Positions 1 through 14,230 of a DNA stretch of 64,000 nt are shown here, piece by piece (positions within the stretch are counted from its first letter, which is position 1; each line of letters begins with the position of its first letter). A program made the position numbers and the translations under genes. The notes beneath the pieces were generated by a model that was given only the letters and a program-made list of their open reading frames with translations, searched no databases and was not told the origin of the DNA. Source of the stretch: Haliotis rubra (taxonomy: Eukaryota); NCBI RefSeq assembly GCF_003918875.1, contig NW_025767446.1:310001-374000 (forward strand). The letters are read 5' to 3'.

Positions 1-734
1 TGGAATATTGCTAAAATCGGTTTAAAACTCAACTCACTCACTCACTCGAATCTGTAGATAGGGTTTTGTTGATTTTGTTTACACATTTAACAAAGTTATA
101 CCCCCATAAGGATATGGATAGTTATAGATATTCACTCGCTCACTCGTGTGAACAAAGTCACAGCATGATTGTGATTTGCATGAATTCCAGACCATAACGA
201 AAGGTGTCGGCGGCTTCATATCTACAGAATTACCTGATTATCAATCCCGAGTAGATTACCTCTTAACTTAAATCCCTAAGCATATATATTTCACACTACC
301 GACCTACGTATTTGCTTTGTATTAACTAAAGGGTATTTTTCAGAGAAAATGTTGAAATACGGGATTGTAAGAGACTCGTCACCTCATAAGTATTTAATGA
401 CGTCGTGTCCAGTTATTTGTATGATACGCAGTGAACTAATGGTTAAATGTCATAGAAGATTAACGATGACACCATCAAAGAAGACCAATTAGGTCCTACC
501 CGCGAAGGACATGTTCCCTTGTCTCACGAAGAAGTGATGTCAGATCATTTACACCTAAGTTTGAATTGTGAGTTTAGGTTATTATTTTATAAACTGTGTT
601 TCGACTGATTTCACATAAAGCAGTCTGCTAAACTCTAACGGAATAATATTTGCACGTACTCCTTGCGTTGCAGTTTCATGCACAGCAGTTGTAAAGTCAA
701 GTGAACCAGTTCCTGGAACTGAGAAAAATGACAC

Positions 735-945
735 CTTCTGGAATGGCAGGCCATTCTCCGTGAAGATTGTAGCGTAATTGATGCAGATTCTGTGGCTTTG
801 GTTGATGTTGACGTTCGTTCATCCCCCAGATGATCAACTGAATTAAGATCCGGTAACCTTGAAGGCCGCAGCATTATGTTCTGAGCTCTCAGGAAGGTAG
901 CTTGTGACGTGTTGGGGGCGAGCATTGTCATAATGGAAAATGGCG
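735..945 (-). mobile_element. Tc1/mariner transposase relic (catalytic DDE region, frameshifted)
   Basis: Joined minus-strand frames read HYDNARP...FLRAQNIML-RPSRLPDLNSVDHLGDE...PQNLHQLRYNLHGEWPAIP, matching the Tc1 motifs QDNARPH, WPSxSPDLNPIEHLW and EEWxxIP. Confidence 0.8.
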
Positions 946-1166
946 CATGATCACTTTGTGACCACGTGCAAAAATGTGATCACGGCTCGATCACATGTAC
1001 TATGGGGGATAACAATTTTTACATAAAACATTATGCCTAAAAAGTATGGGAAGGGGGGTTATTCTGTACATGACATGCAGGGGGAGTCACTTACCTTGTA
1101 CATAATTTTGGGGGAAGGGGGTCATTCACAATGTACATGCTTCTCCATAAAAGTCATCACCAACAC

Positions 1167-1268
1167 GATTCCCCACATAGGTACAATGTGTGAAGCCCAT
1201 GTGGTGTCCTCCGCCGTGATATTAATGGAATATTGCTAAAAGCGGCGTAAATCTAAACTTACTCACAC
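1167..1268 (+). mobile_element. SINE family 1, 5'-truncated copy (tail-only fragment also at 1-47)
   Basis: Contains the family body ggtacaatgtgtgaagccc and the tail tggaatattgctaaaagcggcgtaaa followed by cact-like repeats. Confidence 0.85.
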
Positions 1269-3287
1269 TATTTTCGACCTAAGTGAGTAGGTTAGATTTT
1301 ACGGCTTACTCACTCACTCAACAAGCATGGGCTGAATACCAAATAGAATTATTACCCTGATCGTTACGGGTTTGATTCTACAGGGTTACAAATAGCAGTG
1401 TTTCTCGCATTATCATGAGGCCCTGGCGTGACGATTTTGAAAGGTACCTTAGTTAGCTGAATAATTTCAGTGAAACGTACCCAAGACATGGGACAAATAA
1501 CGTGGAAATTGCTTTCCAGTTTCATAAGAAAACGAATATGTCCAATGTGATCGATATTAACTCTATCAAAGATATTAACATCATTGTATGAGACTGTATC
1601 AGTTAAAAATAAAATATACACTTCAGCAGTAGTACAATATGGAATACGTCTAACTCAGGAAATGTAATTTAATTAAGATTAATGTAAAGTATTGTAACCA
1701 CCATTGCGGGGTTTTCGGGTTGTTTTATTTTCTTTAAATTCTTTTTTTTCTCTTTTCTCTTTAATCGGAGTGTAAACTTAACACCAATTGGGCATCGAAG
1801 TTATAATCTTTATGCGCGTTTCCCGGTCAATGTATATTAAGTATTTCACATGATATTATTATATGCGCGATTAACTGATGACAGTTAATGATCATTTGTG
1901 GTAGAGATCACTTCGCAACGCAACCCAGAACATGTATAATCCATTAGCTCCAGCGAATTATTTCAAATATTACAGACATTAAACCATGTGGCGGAACTAA
2001 TTTATTGAATCACACTGTCTAAATGGTATATCTAGGAACAGCGAGGGTGGCTGTTAGTAATTAACAATGTGTTGCATGAGAAGTCAGTGAAAGGTTGATA
2101 CACAACTTGACATCACATAAATGTCATTGTTCAGCGTGACGTCATTGTACTGTTTGTATTACGTTGCGTTAATAGCTATACATGATAAAATCCTATTGGT
2201 TAGCTTGTTCTCAATTTACAATATGTAACCCTGAAGGGGGTTTATTGATATTTTGATAAGTTCAATATCGATTTGTGTAACTTTCTAAATGTTTTATTAG
2301 AGGAGTATGCAATGTATTGGCAAATATGTTTTGTATTGAGAAAATATGTGCACATGTGCGTTCACTATGTCAGATAACTGTACTTTAGTGTGCTTTTTAA
2401 CCTACCCATTATGTAGTAGACAAGTTGTTGTAAGACTGATAGAGGGTTTAGAGTGGATATGGGATTTTTCTAATGGGTCTCAGTGTATATGTAAGTGGCG
2501 TTTTAGAGACTGCAGTGTACATGAAGATATCTAGGTATTTAAACTTCGCTATTGATTCAAAGTAGCATTTTGGTATAGTGACTGACCGAGTTTCGTTTAA
2601 AAGCATTTTGAACAATATCTCATATATATAAGCGGTTGTAACTTCCACAGAACGGAATTGTTTTCAACTAACATAAACGCATCGGTCTGTTATTGTGAAA
2701 TCTTAATTTTTGAAATACTAAGCTATCTAGATTGGCTTAGTGCTAGAAATTGATACATGTACCAATGCAGGTTCCTTTTGGAATTTTATTCCAGCTGTGT
2801 ATCTAAAAACAACTCTTTTTTCGGGGAATCAACGTCGGTAAATGCATTTGTACATTGCATGGCTATTGTGTTAGATATTAGCAACATATTATTTATCAAA
2901 GAGATTGTAATTTCAATAATCCACAATATTAAAAAATACACACTTGACCTATCTTTAGTGAGATAGGTACCAGGAAAGTTCATTTCCCTCTTTCGGCGAA
3001 ACATTGACTAATCCCTATGGTGTCCATACACTTCGATTTCTCATGTTAAACGTCGAGTAGCTGTACCCCAGATGTTTATTTATACATTAATCTCAACAAT
3101 AAATAACGATAACCACTACATGAAAGCAGTTGAAGACATAGTTTATACATTTGCAGTCAGATATGAACAGTTTTTGTAAACGTGTACCAATTGCAAAGTT
3201 TTGTTGTTTACCCGATTTTATATAGTCAATATATAAAGACATGTCGGCTTAACTGCTTTCCTATTACGCCAGAATATGATGACAGGA

Positions 3288-3456
3288 CTGACTGACTGAC
3301 TGAATTTGGTTTTACGCCGCTTTCAGCAATATTCCAGCAACATCACGGCGGGGGACACCAGAAATGGGCTTCACACATCGTACCCATGTGGGGATTCGAA
3401 CCCGGGTCTTCGGCGTGACGAGCCAACGCTTTACCCACTAGGCTACCCCACCGCCC
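3288..3456 (-). mobile_element. tRNA-derived SINE family 1, full length with TSD
   Basis: Minus strand has an A box (tagcctagtgg), a B box (ggttcgaatccc) and a (cagt)n tail. It is flanked by tatgatgacagga (3275-3287) and tatcatgacagga (3457-3469). Confidence 0.95.
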
Positions 3457-6400
3457 TATCATGACAGGAAAGAATTTGACATCAATATATTTTTATCTTT
3501 TTGATTGACATCTCATAATAACATGAGTAACAAGAACTGTCTTGCATGACAACGGTATAACAATCTATACCAAAACGTCGCATCATGATATGCTAAAAAG
3601 TTACCAGTTCAGTTTGTTTCATAATAAATGACATAGAGTTTGTTTGGTGGATAGTCTGCATTATCCGGAGAACAATTCAGAAATCGTCATGAAAATAATC
3701 TGATTTGTTTATATAGGAGTATTATAGAAGTAGAAATGATTTTTACTTTGTACACAGTAAAGAGAACTTTTAAGGTTGAATTCATGAGAAAGACACACGA
3801 TAGATGTGTTTCCGTAAAGAATTTCATCTGATATTTTATAGTGACTGATTGTCCGAACATGTCTGTTTACGATGGGTCCCACCAGTGGGGGCAAGAAATA
3901 CTCGCCTTTTCGTCACAACCTGGTACCATAACTATTTCATAGTGATTTCTAAACAATGCATATGATGCTGTCGACATTATACATGGACATTGATATAAGT
4001 AGACGTTTCTTACGATTACGAAAATGTGTTTCATGCCTTTTCATGACCTTGGACATTACCAAAACGTTGCAGACCAATTATATGTGAAAATAATCAATTT
4101 TGCAATACACCATTCATTCGTGCAGTTTGAACAGTGGATTTCTTTCCACTTACTTCAATCATAACTCTCCGTCTGATACAATTAAACGTCCGAATCGTTG
4201 TTTGAAATAGAAACCACTAAACCCTTTCTACTTTCGTATTAAGAAATCTCAACGCAGGGTCGAACGGCAGACCTTATTCACTTACTTTCGCAATACCTCT
4301 TAATTTGATTCTGCTATACGTCCGAAATTAGTCTGTATAAGGAGACAGTGAGTGAATTTGGTTGAACGTCAACACACACTGTAATCTACCTAACAGTGAG
4401 TGAGTGAGCTGAGTTCATCCAAACAATAGCATTCCACTTATTCCTATATCGGTGTGTCAGCTTGATGTGTCAGGGAAGCTCGAAGTATGTCCCTAGACGT
4501 GAACCAGTTTGGTGGAACCCATGAGGACAGTACGATAGCATTGAAAACAACGAAGGTTTGCTGGCAATTTCATGAAAATGTTCCAAAATTCTCAAGACAA
4601 TATTTCAAATTTCTTTGCAGTTCTAAATGAAGACATTGCAAGTGGAGCCAAAACGCCCTCCTCCAAGCCTCCACACTTGCACCACACCACGGTATTTACA
4701 AATGTGATAAATATCACATATTGCAATATTTAAACTCTGTACAGTTTTCGTCACGTTCTTGAACCTGCTTTCCCAAGACAGACCAAAAAATGTTACTGAA
4801 ACTGTGAGATCTGTGAATGATGTTCCAGGGTGTGTATAGGATTCAAACATGGACGACCGTGAGATCCCAAACACGGACAAATCGCATACTGCACTTCGCA
4901 CCGAGTTGCTAAAACTGATAGCACAAATCTCTGTCAGGTTTCCAAAAAAGGACATTATTTCACTTTTGAAATCAGAAATCAGACCATTTTTGTAAACGTG
5001 TACCTATTGCAAGGTTTTTTTGGTTACTGTGTTTATCAATTGAATATTTGATTTTAACCTTTGTATAGTTAATGACTGTCTGTGGGTTCCAGCGGATTTA
5101 GTTTCAAACAATTGTTTCTAGCATATTTAAACTTATTACAACTTCAAAAAACCGTTAAGGATGATAGTTCTAGAACGTTATCAGAATCGGTATCAGTAAG
5201 AATTAATTGTTATAAAAGGAGTCATATATCAGTAATAGTAGGATAAACAATAAAGTATATTGTTGGCACGTGTTACGACATATTGGCACGTAAAGTCCAT
5301 GCAGGGTTTTTACTTTAAATGTGCCCAAGGGTGCAAATCCCGTATCTTAGTTCAAAATTGTCCATTACAGTCACATAATTCATTACAACATTGCGTGCTA
5401 CCTGCACATACTCTTCCCAATTAATATGCCTGAATAAAATATGGAGTTTATCAAAAGATGATCAAAGCACTTAACAGCTCTTTATGTGCACCTTTTAAAG
5501 TGGATTAACACCTTAGGCGTTAGGCCATCACAGGATTAGCAAGATAGTTAATCCTACAGAAAACTATGCAAGAGTCAACTAACCTTCCACATCTTGATGG
5601 CTAAGATGGTATCCTCTCTGCTCTCCCTGTGGTCAGTCAGCGAGGGCATGGGCAGCTACCCCCTTTTTAAACATAACAGAATTGGGCTAAATATAGAACC
5701 TTACATTAGCAACGTAAAATGTCAAGGAGTAGTCATTCGCTGATGATGGTCCCCCGCCCTGTTTTTAAAAATATCAATGAAAAGGCTGTAAATTTGTATT
5801 TGTGAGCCAGATAAAGATTTTCTCTAGCGGATTTAATTACTGAAGGGTAAATTTGGACAATAGGTTTACAACTGTGTCTTCCTATGCGTGACAGTTCCCC
5901 GCTATCTCAAACAGGGACAATCAATGTGATAAGTATCACAAGCTTCGTATAAAACATTGAATCGGAGCCTCTTTAATTTGTTAGTGAATAGCGATGCCCT
6001 GGCTTCTGACGTGATGTGTTTGTATGTGGGAGGACTTGCATTACCGCTCGTGAAGTATCAATTAACTTTCCCGCTGCGAAAAACGCCGGAGGTGACTTTG
6101 ACGTCTGCTACCTTGATCACGTGACACGAGTACCGCACAAATTGGTTGAAATCTATCTTCGATCCGATTGGGTAAATTCCTCAGAAAAATATTTAGATAC
6201 TTGACTCACTGGAGCTTGTCTTTTGAAACACAAGCATCTGAAGGTTTCCAAGGCCACGTAGTCGCCATTGGAGGGCTACAATTCCAGGCCGACGTGTTCT
6301 GCCCTTTGGTGTATCACGTGACATTGTCACAATATGAGACGATTGGAAAAACATGTAGTTTTCGATTTATGGCTTAACGTGCTAATATGCAAAAAGGAGC

Positions 6401-6867
6401 ACAACGCAATTATTGAAACGCTCTCTATAAATATTCTCATTCTGAACTTTAGCGTTGAATTTGAGAAACATAACGAAGGGACAATGCCAAGTGAAAACCA
6501 ACAAGGACTTCTTGAGCGACCAATTATTTGTTTTTTACACTTCTGTACGATCGGTTTTCAAAGTACAAAGTATTCCAAATGGGAAATCGTTTGCCAGTCA
6601 TTTACTTTGACATTTTTATCCCAGATCACACAGGCAAATGTCACATAACTTCCACATACCTTCAACAAAGAGGAAAGTTGCAGCCATCAATATTTCAACT
6701 ATGTCGTGCAAACGAAAGTTATATAACTAAACGGTAACACACAAGAAATGTTTAGTCGATGGTGATGAGTTCTATACAGGTATGGTGGTTGTCTTTATGG
6801 ATGTAAGTTTGCAGTGTTGCGAACACAACATTCAGCATTGTAACATTTGGAAAACGTTTGTACATGT

Positions 6868-7028
6868 GCATGGTCCTGGGTGTGTCGTGCGGGCACATGG
6901 TCCTGGGTGTGTCGTGCGGGCACATGGTCCTGGGTGTGTCGTGCCGGCACATGGTCCTGGGTGTGTCGTGCCGGCACATGGTCCTGGGTGTGTCGTGCCG
7001 GCACATGGTCCTGGGTGTGTCGTGCCGG
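6868..7028. repeat. 27-bp minisatellite, about 6 copies
   Basis: Unit gcacatggtcctgggtgtgtcgtgc(c/g)g; it explains the HGPGCVVPA-type ORFs. Confidence 0.95.
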
Positions 7029-7379
7029 GAAGGCTAAAGTGTATTTTTCAGATCTTCCGGGAACGCTAAAATTTATATTTCGGATTTCCCGGGTGAGCTA
7101 ATTTCCAAGGGTGTAGGGGAGTACCGCCAAAGCTAAAGATACGGTGCCGGGAGTATAATACATGTTGGGAGTAGATAGATTATCTTCTTCGCTTGTTTAG
7201 AACTTTATTTAACAGTGGCGTTTGTATTTCAGATGTATTTAATCATAAAAAAAACATTAGAATAATAGTCACAAGGCATAATCCATGAGTAGTTAGAATT
7301 CTTATCGAAACATTGTTATAAATCGAGTATTTTTCTTCTTCGCTTGTTTAGAACTTTATTTAAGTGGCGTTTGTATTGT

Positions 7380-7565
7380 GTCATACAGTGGCAGTATCAT
7401 AAATGTAAGCGTATCTTTGGCAAAAACAAATCCGATACAAACCACAAAATGTTTATTACGGCCTGTAAAAACTATAACAGAACTATAAAACAGTCAAATC
7501 AAGCCGACAAAAGGCAATGCGCAGAAAAAATACGCTTGGCACAAAAATCTAATCCTAAATTAAAA
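7380..7565 (+). mobile_element. LINE ORF2 fragment (region upstream of RT)
   Basis: YHKCKRIFGKNKSDTNHKMFITACKNYNRTIK...KSNPK resembles the basic endonuclease-RT linker of CR1-group LINEs. Confidence 0.55.
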
Positions 7566-8199
7566 TTATAATATATATCATAGAGCCCCCTGTCCACAGT
7601 GTAATGGATGCTTTCGATTTGACAAAAATATTCAGTATCTTACCAGAACCAATATGTCTGCACATGGCCCTGGGAATGATGATGACAGTGAGGACATGCA
7701 TCTTTAACGGATGACAGCGTGTCAGATATTTGTCAGCTAATCTCAAGGGTAATAGCTGCTCCTTCAGCAGGTGAACGCCAAGTACAGACTGCATCAAAAA
7801 GGAACCCGATTCAATAAATCACAAATGAAATGGAATTATCATCTTCCTCATTTCTTAAAAGACTTCACCTTGGTAATACATTTGTCAAGTTCCTGTCGTG
7901 TTGTGTCTTCTAGTGCCAGTGCCTCACCTTGGCTATGACAATAAATGGAACATTAGTAAAAAACATTTTATTTTAAGTGTCTAATTTCTCAATTCTTCTG
8001 TGGACAGCAACGTCAACTCCTGACAGAAACGAACCTTATAAATAAATGCAAATGTTGAAACAAATAGCAATTATGTTTCAAGAATTTAAGAAGTTTGTTC
8101 TTTGGGGAAAACAAACTGATGGAACTGTGTGACTGTCTGATTTCCTCCAACTGACACTGGAACATTGCTGCGGCTTATTCCAAGGTCGAAATGCCCCCA

Positions 8200-8270
8200 A
8201 AGTGCCATACATTAACATTAACGTACGTCTATCTTAGAGCTAAGAGAGCTTCGAAAAATCTAGGCCCAGG
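8200..8270. mobile_element. Right half of a palindromic MITE (GGGCC terminus, Harbinger-like)
   Basis: The end ctaagagagcttcgaaaaatctaggcccag is the near reverse complement of the left arm at 11822. Both halves share the core aagtgccatacattaacatt. Confidence 0.7.
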
Positions 8271-8444
8271 CTACTAGGCTGAAGACAGTCACTGAAACAC
8301 TGCACACTTCAGGTGCAGAACAGAACCATGGTACCTTTATCGTTAAATATTTTGTTTGTTTCAATATAATCCTCCTCTTGGCACTGATGTATAATGTCTT
8401 CGCATTTCATTTACACATATATTTGAAACATGGAGGTTATGTAA

Positions 8445-8602
8445 GTGGGTGTGTGCTTTTAGTTTTACACCGCATTTAGCAATATTCCCGACAGTAGGGG
8501 ACATCAGAAATGGGCTTCACACATTGTGCTCGTGTGGGTAATCGAACGTGGGTCTTTGGCGTGACATGCGAAAACTTTAGCCACTAGGCTACCCACCGCC
8601 CC
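8445..8602 (-). mobile_element. SINE family 1, diverged full-length copy
   Basis: Same head, body and tail as 3288-3456; ttatgtaagt occurs on both sides. Confidence 0.9.
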
Positions 8603-8914
8603 GGGATTATGTAAGTATTGTTCTTGTTTTAAATTGTTCATTATTAAATTAATTTATTGGAATCTATTCTGGAGTCACAAATTAGCGGCTCCGACGCAAA
8701 GGGATATCATGCATGTATTTGACGTCCGACAAGAACTCAATACCAAACTTGAACGTTATACCCAAAGGGTTAGTCTGTCATTGTGGCCATATGCCTACAA
8801 TGAATCTCTCCTTTGATCTTCCAATTTGTTCCTCAAGTTGGAAAACGCAATAAGTTTAAATTTAATTAAACTTTGACACATATGTCGTCGAGCAAATGAC
8901 GAAGAGTTTTTGTT

Positions 8915-9145
8915 ATGTTTGTTAGTTGTTTAACGCCGAACTCAGAAATATTCCAGCTCTATGACACTGGTCTAAATAATCGTGTCTGGACAAGATAATC
9001 CAGTGACTGACGTCATTAGCATCGATCTGCTCAAACGGGACAAGATGACATGCATCAACCAAGTCAGCGAGCCTGGCCATCCCGTTAATAGCCTCTTACG
9101 AGAAGAATGGGCTGCTGAAAACCAGTTGTAACCAGGATCTTCCCT
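8915..9145 (-). mobile_element. SINE family 2 (other copies ~10775-10922 -, 11130-11310 +, 13780-13968 +, 24440-24530 +)
   Basis: Recurrent blocks ggattgtctggtccagactcgattattta, caggctcgctgacttggtt and cttgtcgtaagaggcgactaa, with the tail gctggaatattgctgag..cggcgttaaac. Confidence 0.85.
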
Positions 9146-9236
9146 GTTCGTGGCAATGGCAATGCCTTTGGTGTTACTTTGGCCATAAAAAGTAAGGTGG
9201 CACAGGCCTGTTTTTCGAATTACGTCGTTGACTTAA

Positions 9237-10715
9237 AGGAGAATACTAACGCCAACTTTTCTTTGCATAAGGGTAAAACCATTCTAAAAGTAACCTTCCA
9301 TGATTATAATTAGAATTAAACAAAAAGTTTGTTCAACCGCAATAAACACGTAAAAAACGCACGCGTATTTCCCCCTCATTCGTAACTACTTGCCTCTTTT
9401 CGTCACGTTCAAGAAGTCTCACACCTGCATAGTACGCCATTATTGCCAAGAATCGTGGCAAACCAATCCAATCGTGCGTAGTAAAATGTGAAATGACGTC
9501 AAATAGTTGCGATTATCGATTTTCATTTTTATTTCCAAATTATCTTGTTACTAATATTTGTTAACGACATAAGAGACTTACTTAAAGTGACTTACGTGTT
9601 GTGTCATAAATCAACTGGCGTTTTCTAGCAGTGGTCATGTTTGGAAATTCGGAGTGCCCGCTTGCGCTTATACAACGACCAGTCGTGAACATGGCCTCGA
9701 GAGGGGTACGAGTCGCCATCCGGCTTGACGGAATGACACGAGTAGTCACGAATGATCTCCGCCTATTACGGAAACAACCGACAGTTAATGAGCAGAAAGC
9801 AGGTATCACGTGACAGGACGTCATACGTGCCTTTTGCCGATGGCGTCTCTCTGATTTTACCGGACAACTTGACAGTGGACATTAAACATGTTTCCGATGT
9901 AATTTTTACATGGATCTTAGAGCATATAAGTACGAGCTTATTTTACATCTTGCAAAAGAAACTTCCAGTCAAGATGAAGAAGAAGAATCAAGCGACACTG
10001 AGGCACTTTCAACCTGTTTGTTACACGTCCTCGATGCAATCGTTTTTTAACCGCTATGTGTTAAACATGAACGTATCTATCCCAAAAATGGCATAACGGT
10101 ACCTTAATAATGTATTATGGATCTGAAGTACTGTTTTATTGGACTACTATATTAGTACTGGTTCAAATTCAATGCAATACATACATAATATTGTTGATCG
10201 GATATGAGGCGCTCCACATCACTGTTTTACGAGATGCTAAATATGTATTCGTCTCGTGCGACTCGTGGTGACATTGCAGCTATTATTTGGCAACCTGTAA
10301 AGCCCGCGCATAGTGAAACGGGGAATCCCGTTACGTCATTAGGAAACCTTTTGACACTTGTGAATCCAAACATTTCTCCTGCCTAAATCTGTCTTTTCAC
10401 TTAAAAAACGGAAGAAAAATTGTGTCTCTTTCCATTGTTCGATGACGCCGTGCATCCCCAGGCAACACCATCTTACCACAAGCGGTTTACATTACTGTAG
10501 CACGTAGTCTTAGCAATATGGCCGACTTTAGTCACATATGACGTTACAAATGAAAAGGTCACGTGGTTGCATATATGCATAATGGCCGAAGCTGCGACAA
10601 CAGAAACCTTTTTCGCAATTAAAACATAAATAGAATAATTTTCGCTTTAAAAAGCATGCTTCTAATGACTTTATATTTCACCCAGTCATTTATTGCAATT
10701 TTCTAATATTCTCTT
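9237..10715. mobile_element. Kolobok-like non-autonomous DNA transposon
   Basis: TTAA at 9233-9236 and 10716-10719. Imperfect 12-bp TIRs aggagaatacta / taatattctctt match at 10 of 12. An internal THAP relic is present. Confidence 0.6.
10342..10479 (-). pseudogene. THAP zinc-finger N-terminal relic inside the Kolobok-like element
   Basis: With two frameshifts it reads VVR(C)VAWGCTASSNNGKRHNF-FRFLSEKTDLGRRNVWIHKC, fitting the THAP pattern CxxxxC...FfrFP...RRxxW. Confidence 0.6.
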
Positions 10716-11821
10716 TTAATGAAGATTTTGATATTGATACGTGTAACTGTATGACTGATGCAATATATGTAACGTTGTTTATTTGTTTATTTGTTGTTTA
10801 ACGCCGCGCTCAGCAATATTACAGTTAAATTGCTATAATTGTAAACAATCGAGTCTGGACCAGACAATCCAGTGATTGACACCATGAGCATCGATCTACG
10901 CATTTGGGATACGATGGCATGTTTTTAATTAAGAGCATGACCTTGACATATGCTGCAAATGACACCTTAAACTGAATGAATAATTTAATAACTTCGAACA
11001 AGCAAAAACATCATCAAGTGCTTGAATATCTATGGTATTCATTGTTAATTTCACCGTGACAGGCAAGTTGTCACATGAAAATGAGGCATGTTCATGCAAA
11101 TAGTTATTGGTACGTGTACCCAGAGTGGGGATCACGAGTTAGAATGGTTCCCTAGCAACATGTGCAGGGCGTCGAAATGAGTCGGCTTGTCTATGCCACT
11201 GACCTTGTAAACGTGGAACGTGCTCACAATATCAATCATTGGATTGTCAGGTCCTGATTCGATTATCGACACGCCTCGGCCATACAGACTACCACAGAAT
11301 GTGTCATTGGAACTAATAAAACTAATCATTACTGCAATCTGTGATCAGACGCTTTATGGTATTTCTGAACTTAACCACCGTTTGGTATATTGACGTTTGA
11401 ATAGGTCACGAAGAACCCGACCTCTAGCTTGCTCATAACTGAAGAATAGTTTTATTGGATGACAAGGTTGTCTTGAGGTCATAAGAGAGTTCCAGCTCAG
11501 CAAGTGCAACTAACTACATTATGTCTCTGTCCTTTCAGAAGGTGTGACCGTATTTCCATGCAGGGGTCCCAACCCTGTCTGGTGTTAGGCCATCCGTAAT
11601 TTATATGTGTTTCCCATCTCCAGCCTAAACCTGATAGAGAACGGGTGAGCGAATTAACAATAAACAAATATGAAAATATTTCCACTAATTGTGTCACTTA
11701 TTTTACGCAATTTTACAAATTGAATTCAATCACTTGGTATCGTTCTTTATATTAATTTACGATGCCGATCGAGTCGCTTTTCTTCGTAAACATATGTTAA
11801 TAAATATAGATACAGAAATTC

Positions 11822-11902
11822 CTGGGCCTAGATCTTCGAAGCTGTCTTATCGCTAAGATAGTCGTAAGTGCCATACATTAACATTTACTTACGACTATCT
11901 TC
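11822..11902. mobile_element. Left half of the same palindromic MITE as 8200-8270
   Basis: ctgggcctagatcttcgaagc...aagatagtcgtaagt-core-acttacgactatctt contains an internal inverted repeat. Confidence 0.7.
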
Positions 11903-12010
11903 TGGATCTCAATGGGTGTGTAAGGGTAAGAGTATTTTCAATCAATCAGTGCATAAATTACCTTTGCGCAGTTGTTGATAAAACCTTCTATTATTTCACG
12001 ACGGAATGAA

Positions 12011-12150
12011 TGAGCGAGTTTAGTTTTACGCCGCTTTTAGCAATATTCCAGCTACATCACGGCGGGGGACACCAGGAATGGGATTCACACATTGTACCCA
12101 TGTGGGGAATCGAACCCGAACGCTTTAACCACTAGGTTACCCAACCGCCC
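12011..12150 (-). mobile_element. SINE family 1 with internal deletion and TSD
   Basis: Family sequence flanked by acgacggaatgaa on both sides. Confidence 0.9.
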
Positions 12151-14084
12151 AACGACGGAATGAAAATTCGGTTGTCGGGAGATGGGGAACGCCGAAAACA
12201 ATAATGGGAGCCTTAGCGATATACTCTGTCGCTGTCAACTCGTATGCTAACGTTGAACAATGTACAGAACCATCATGGATACGTTAGCTTATTCTAAAAA
12301 CGTTTGGTTTTTGTTCAGTTTCAATAAATTTTCTTTTTTCTTTCGTCTTTCATTTTGTCGCTGTAAAGGTTTCAATTGGGAATTGAAACAGGGAGATACA
12401 TATATTGCAAAAGCAAGAGCGGAACTAAACTTGAAAAGAGAGAGGCTGTGTGTGTCCTCCTTTTAGACCCAGAGAAGGGAGATTGGAAATGAGGAATAGA
12501 AAGATGGGGCTCCGCTTGTGAGGAAGCCCCATTGATAATTTAACTCTTATAATGAAAAGAATTTTTTGGTTCACACGGTACTTAGCACTGAAGAAGTTCT
12601 TAGCCTTTGACTCCAAAATGCTATCTCTACGTTATATCATTATAGATGGTTCAGGGAAAAGCAAGAGTGCAACAACACTGGAGTAGGGAAGGTGTAGGTG
12701 AAGATGGGAGGGAGAGTGAAGAAGGGGTAAAGAGGGAATGGGGGAGGGATGGGGAGGTGGGAATGTTGTTGCCTAACGATAAACTGTTGGCACTTCCGTC
12801 GGCAGACAGGATGTCGTAAAATACCACGACCACTTTGAGGCAGGCACATGATAAAACAACACTTTCGCCTAATTGTTCATTAATACAAGCTCAGAGTACA
12901 CCGCATCAATGTAATGTCTTTCTTACATACACACACATCCTGAAGAATCATGTCATATACTAATATTCTATATACCCTAGAAACAAGTACCACGGAGATC
13001 CTAATAGATTAGCATTGATTTGGAAATACCTTCCTGCCAACCATCATAGTGAGCTGTTTCTTTGCAACCATTTGCTTTGTCAGAAAATGCATAATTTATA
13101 CTTGTTTCTTACTCAACGTTTGCAAGAAGTATATGATTGCTTGTGAGGCTGGAGAGTAAGTAAACCACTGTATTTGTTTGATGTAATAGTTGACTTTATT
13201 GTAAATTGGACATTAAGATGTGTTTTTTTTCAATGCATCAGATCTGAATGATACATGTACCAGACCACAATACACTCGGTCGACAATCCTCTCACTAACA
13301 CAATGATTTTAGGGGTTCATTTTCGAGTAAGTGTGCATATCATGTTGTATAAACATTAAAAATGAATTTCCAGCTGACAGACTAACTTCACTGGTAGTTA
13401 CATGAGAATAGGTTGCATTGTACACGTGTCATTCTGAAACATATTTTATAAAGACAGAATAACATGTTGTTACATTGATTCCACAAGTTGAAACTGAAAG
13501 TTAAGCTGGAATCAGAACTCGGTGTGACACCTACAGACAACAAAGACATGTGACGAAATTTACAATTGTATGCTAAACAACTAAGTTGACAAATCAATAT
13601 AATGGTATCACTAAGGCAGTACAAAACAGAGTTGCAGTACAAATTCAGAGGCACAATATTGTAAAAAGGGCCAAATATAGTAATAAATAACTTTTTGTTC
13701 ATTAGAAAAGCTTTCAGAAGAGGTTTTCTGTCAATGTACACCACAACCAGCAATTTAATATTCCAAGCAACAAACAACGGGATCGTTTGACATATGCCAT
13801 CGTATCCCAATTGCGTAGATCGATGCTCGTGCTGGTGATCACTGGATTGTCTGGTTCAGACACGATTGTTTACAGACCGACCGCATATAGCTGGAATACT
13901 GCTGAGCGTGGCTCACTCACTCACTCACTCACTCCACCACTCACTCACTCACTCACTCACTCACTCACTGTAACCAACATTCTGATTGGTTATAATCGCT
14001 TTTTCTCAAGTCATTTTGGCAAAGACATCTTGCAAAACACCACAGTGGACCTGCCATAATATAATATTCCAAGCAACAAACAAT

Positions 14085-14230
14085 AAATTGTAGCACTAAA
14101 ATATATGAACAATCGTTCCTACCTGACACAATTAAAATTTGGAATTCATTACCTGATAACTTCGTGCTTGCTAACTGAATCGGCGAATTCTCTGCCATAA
14201 TCAGACTATACTCTGAAGTGTACAAGCACT
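14085..14230 (+). mobile_element. CR1-type LINE 3' ORF2 fragment
   Basis: YEQSFLPDTIKIWNSLPDN matches the CR1 C-terminal motif SFxPxTxxxWNxLP. Confidence 0.7.

Noticed and set aside
3380-3456. tRNA genes
   Set aside because: The A/B boxes belong to SINE heads that continue into body, tail and TSD.
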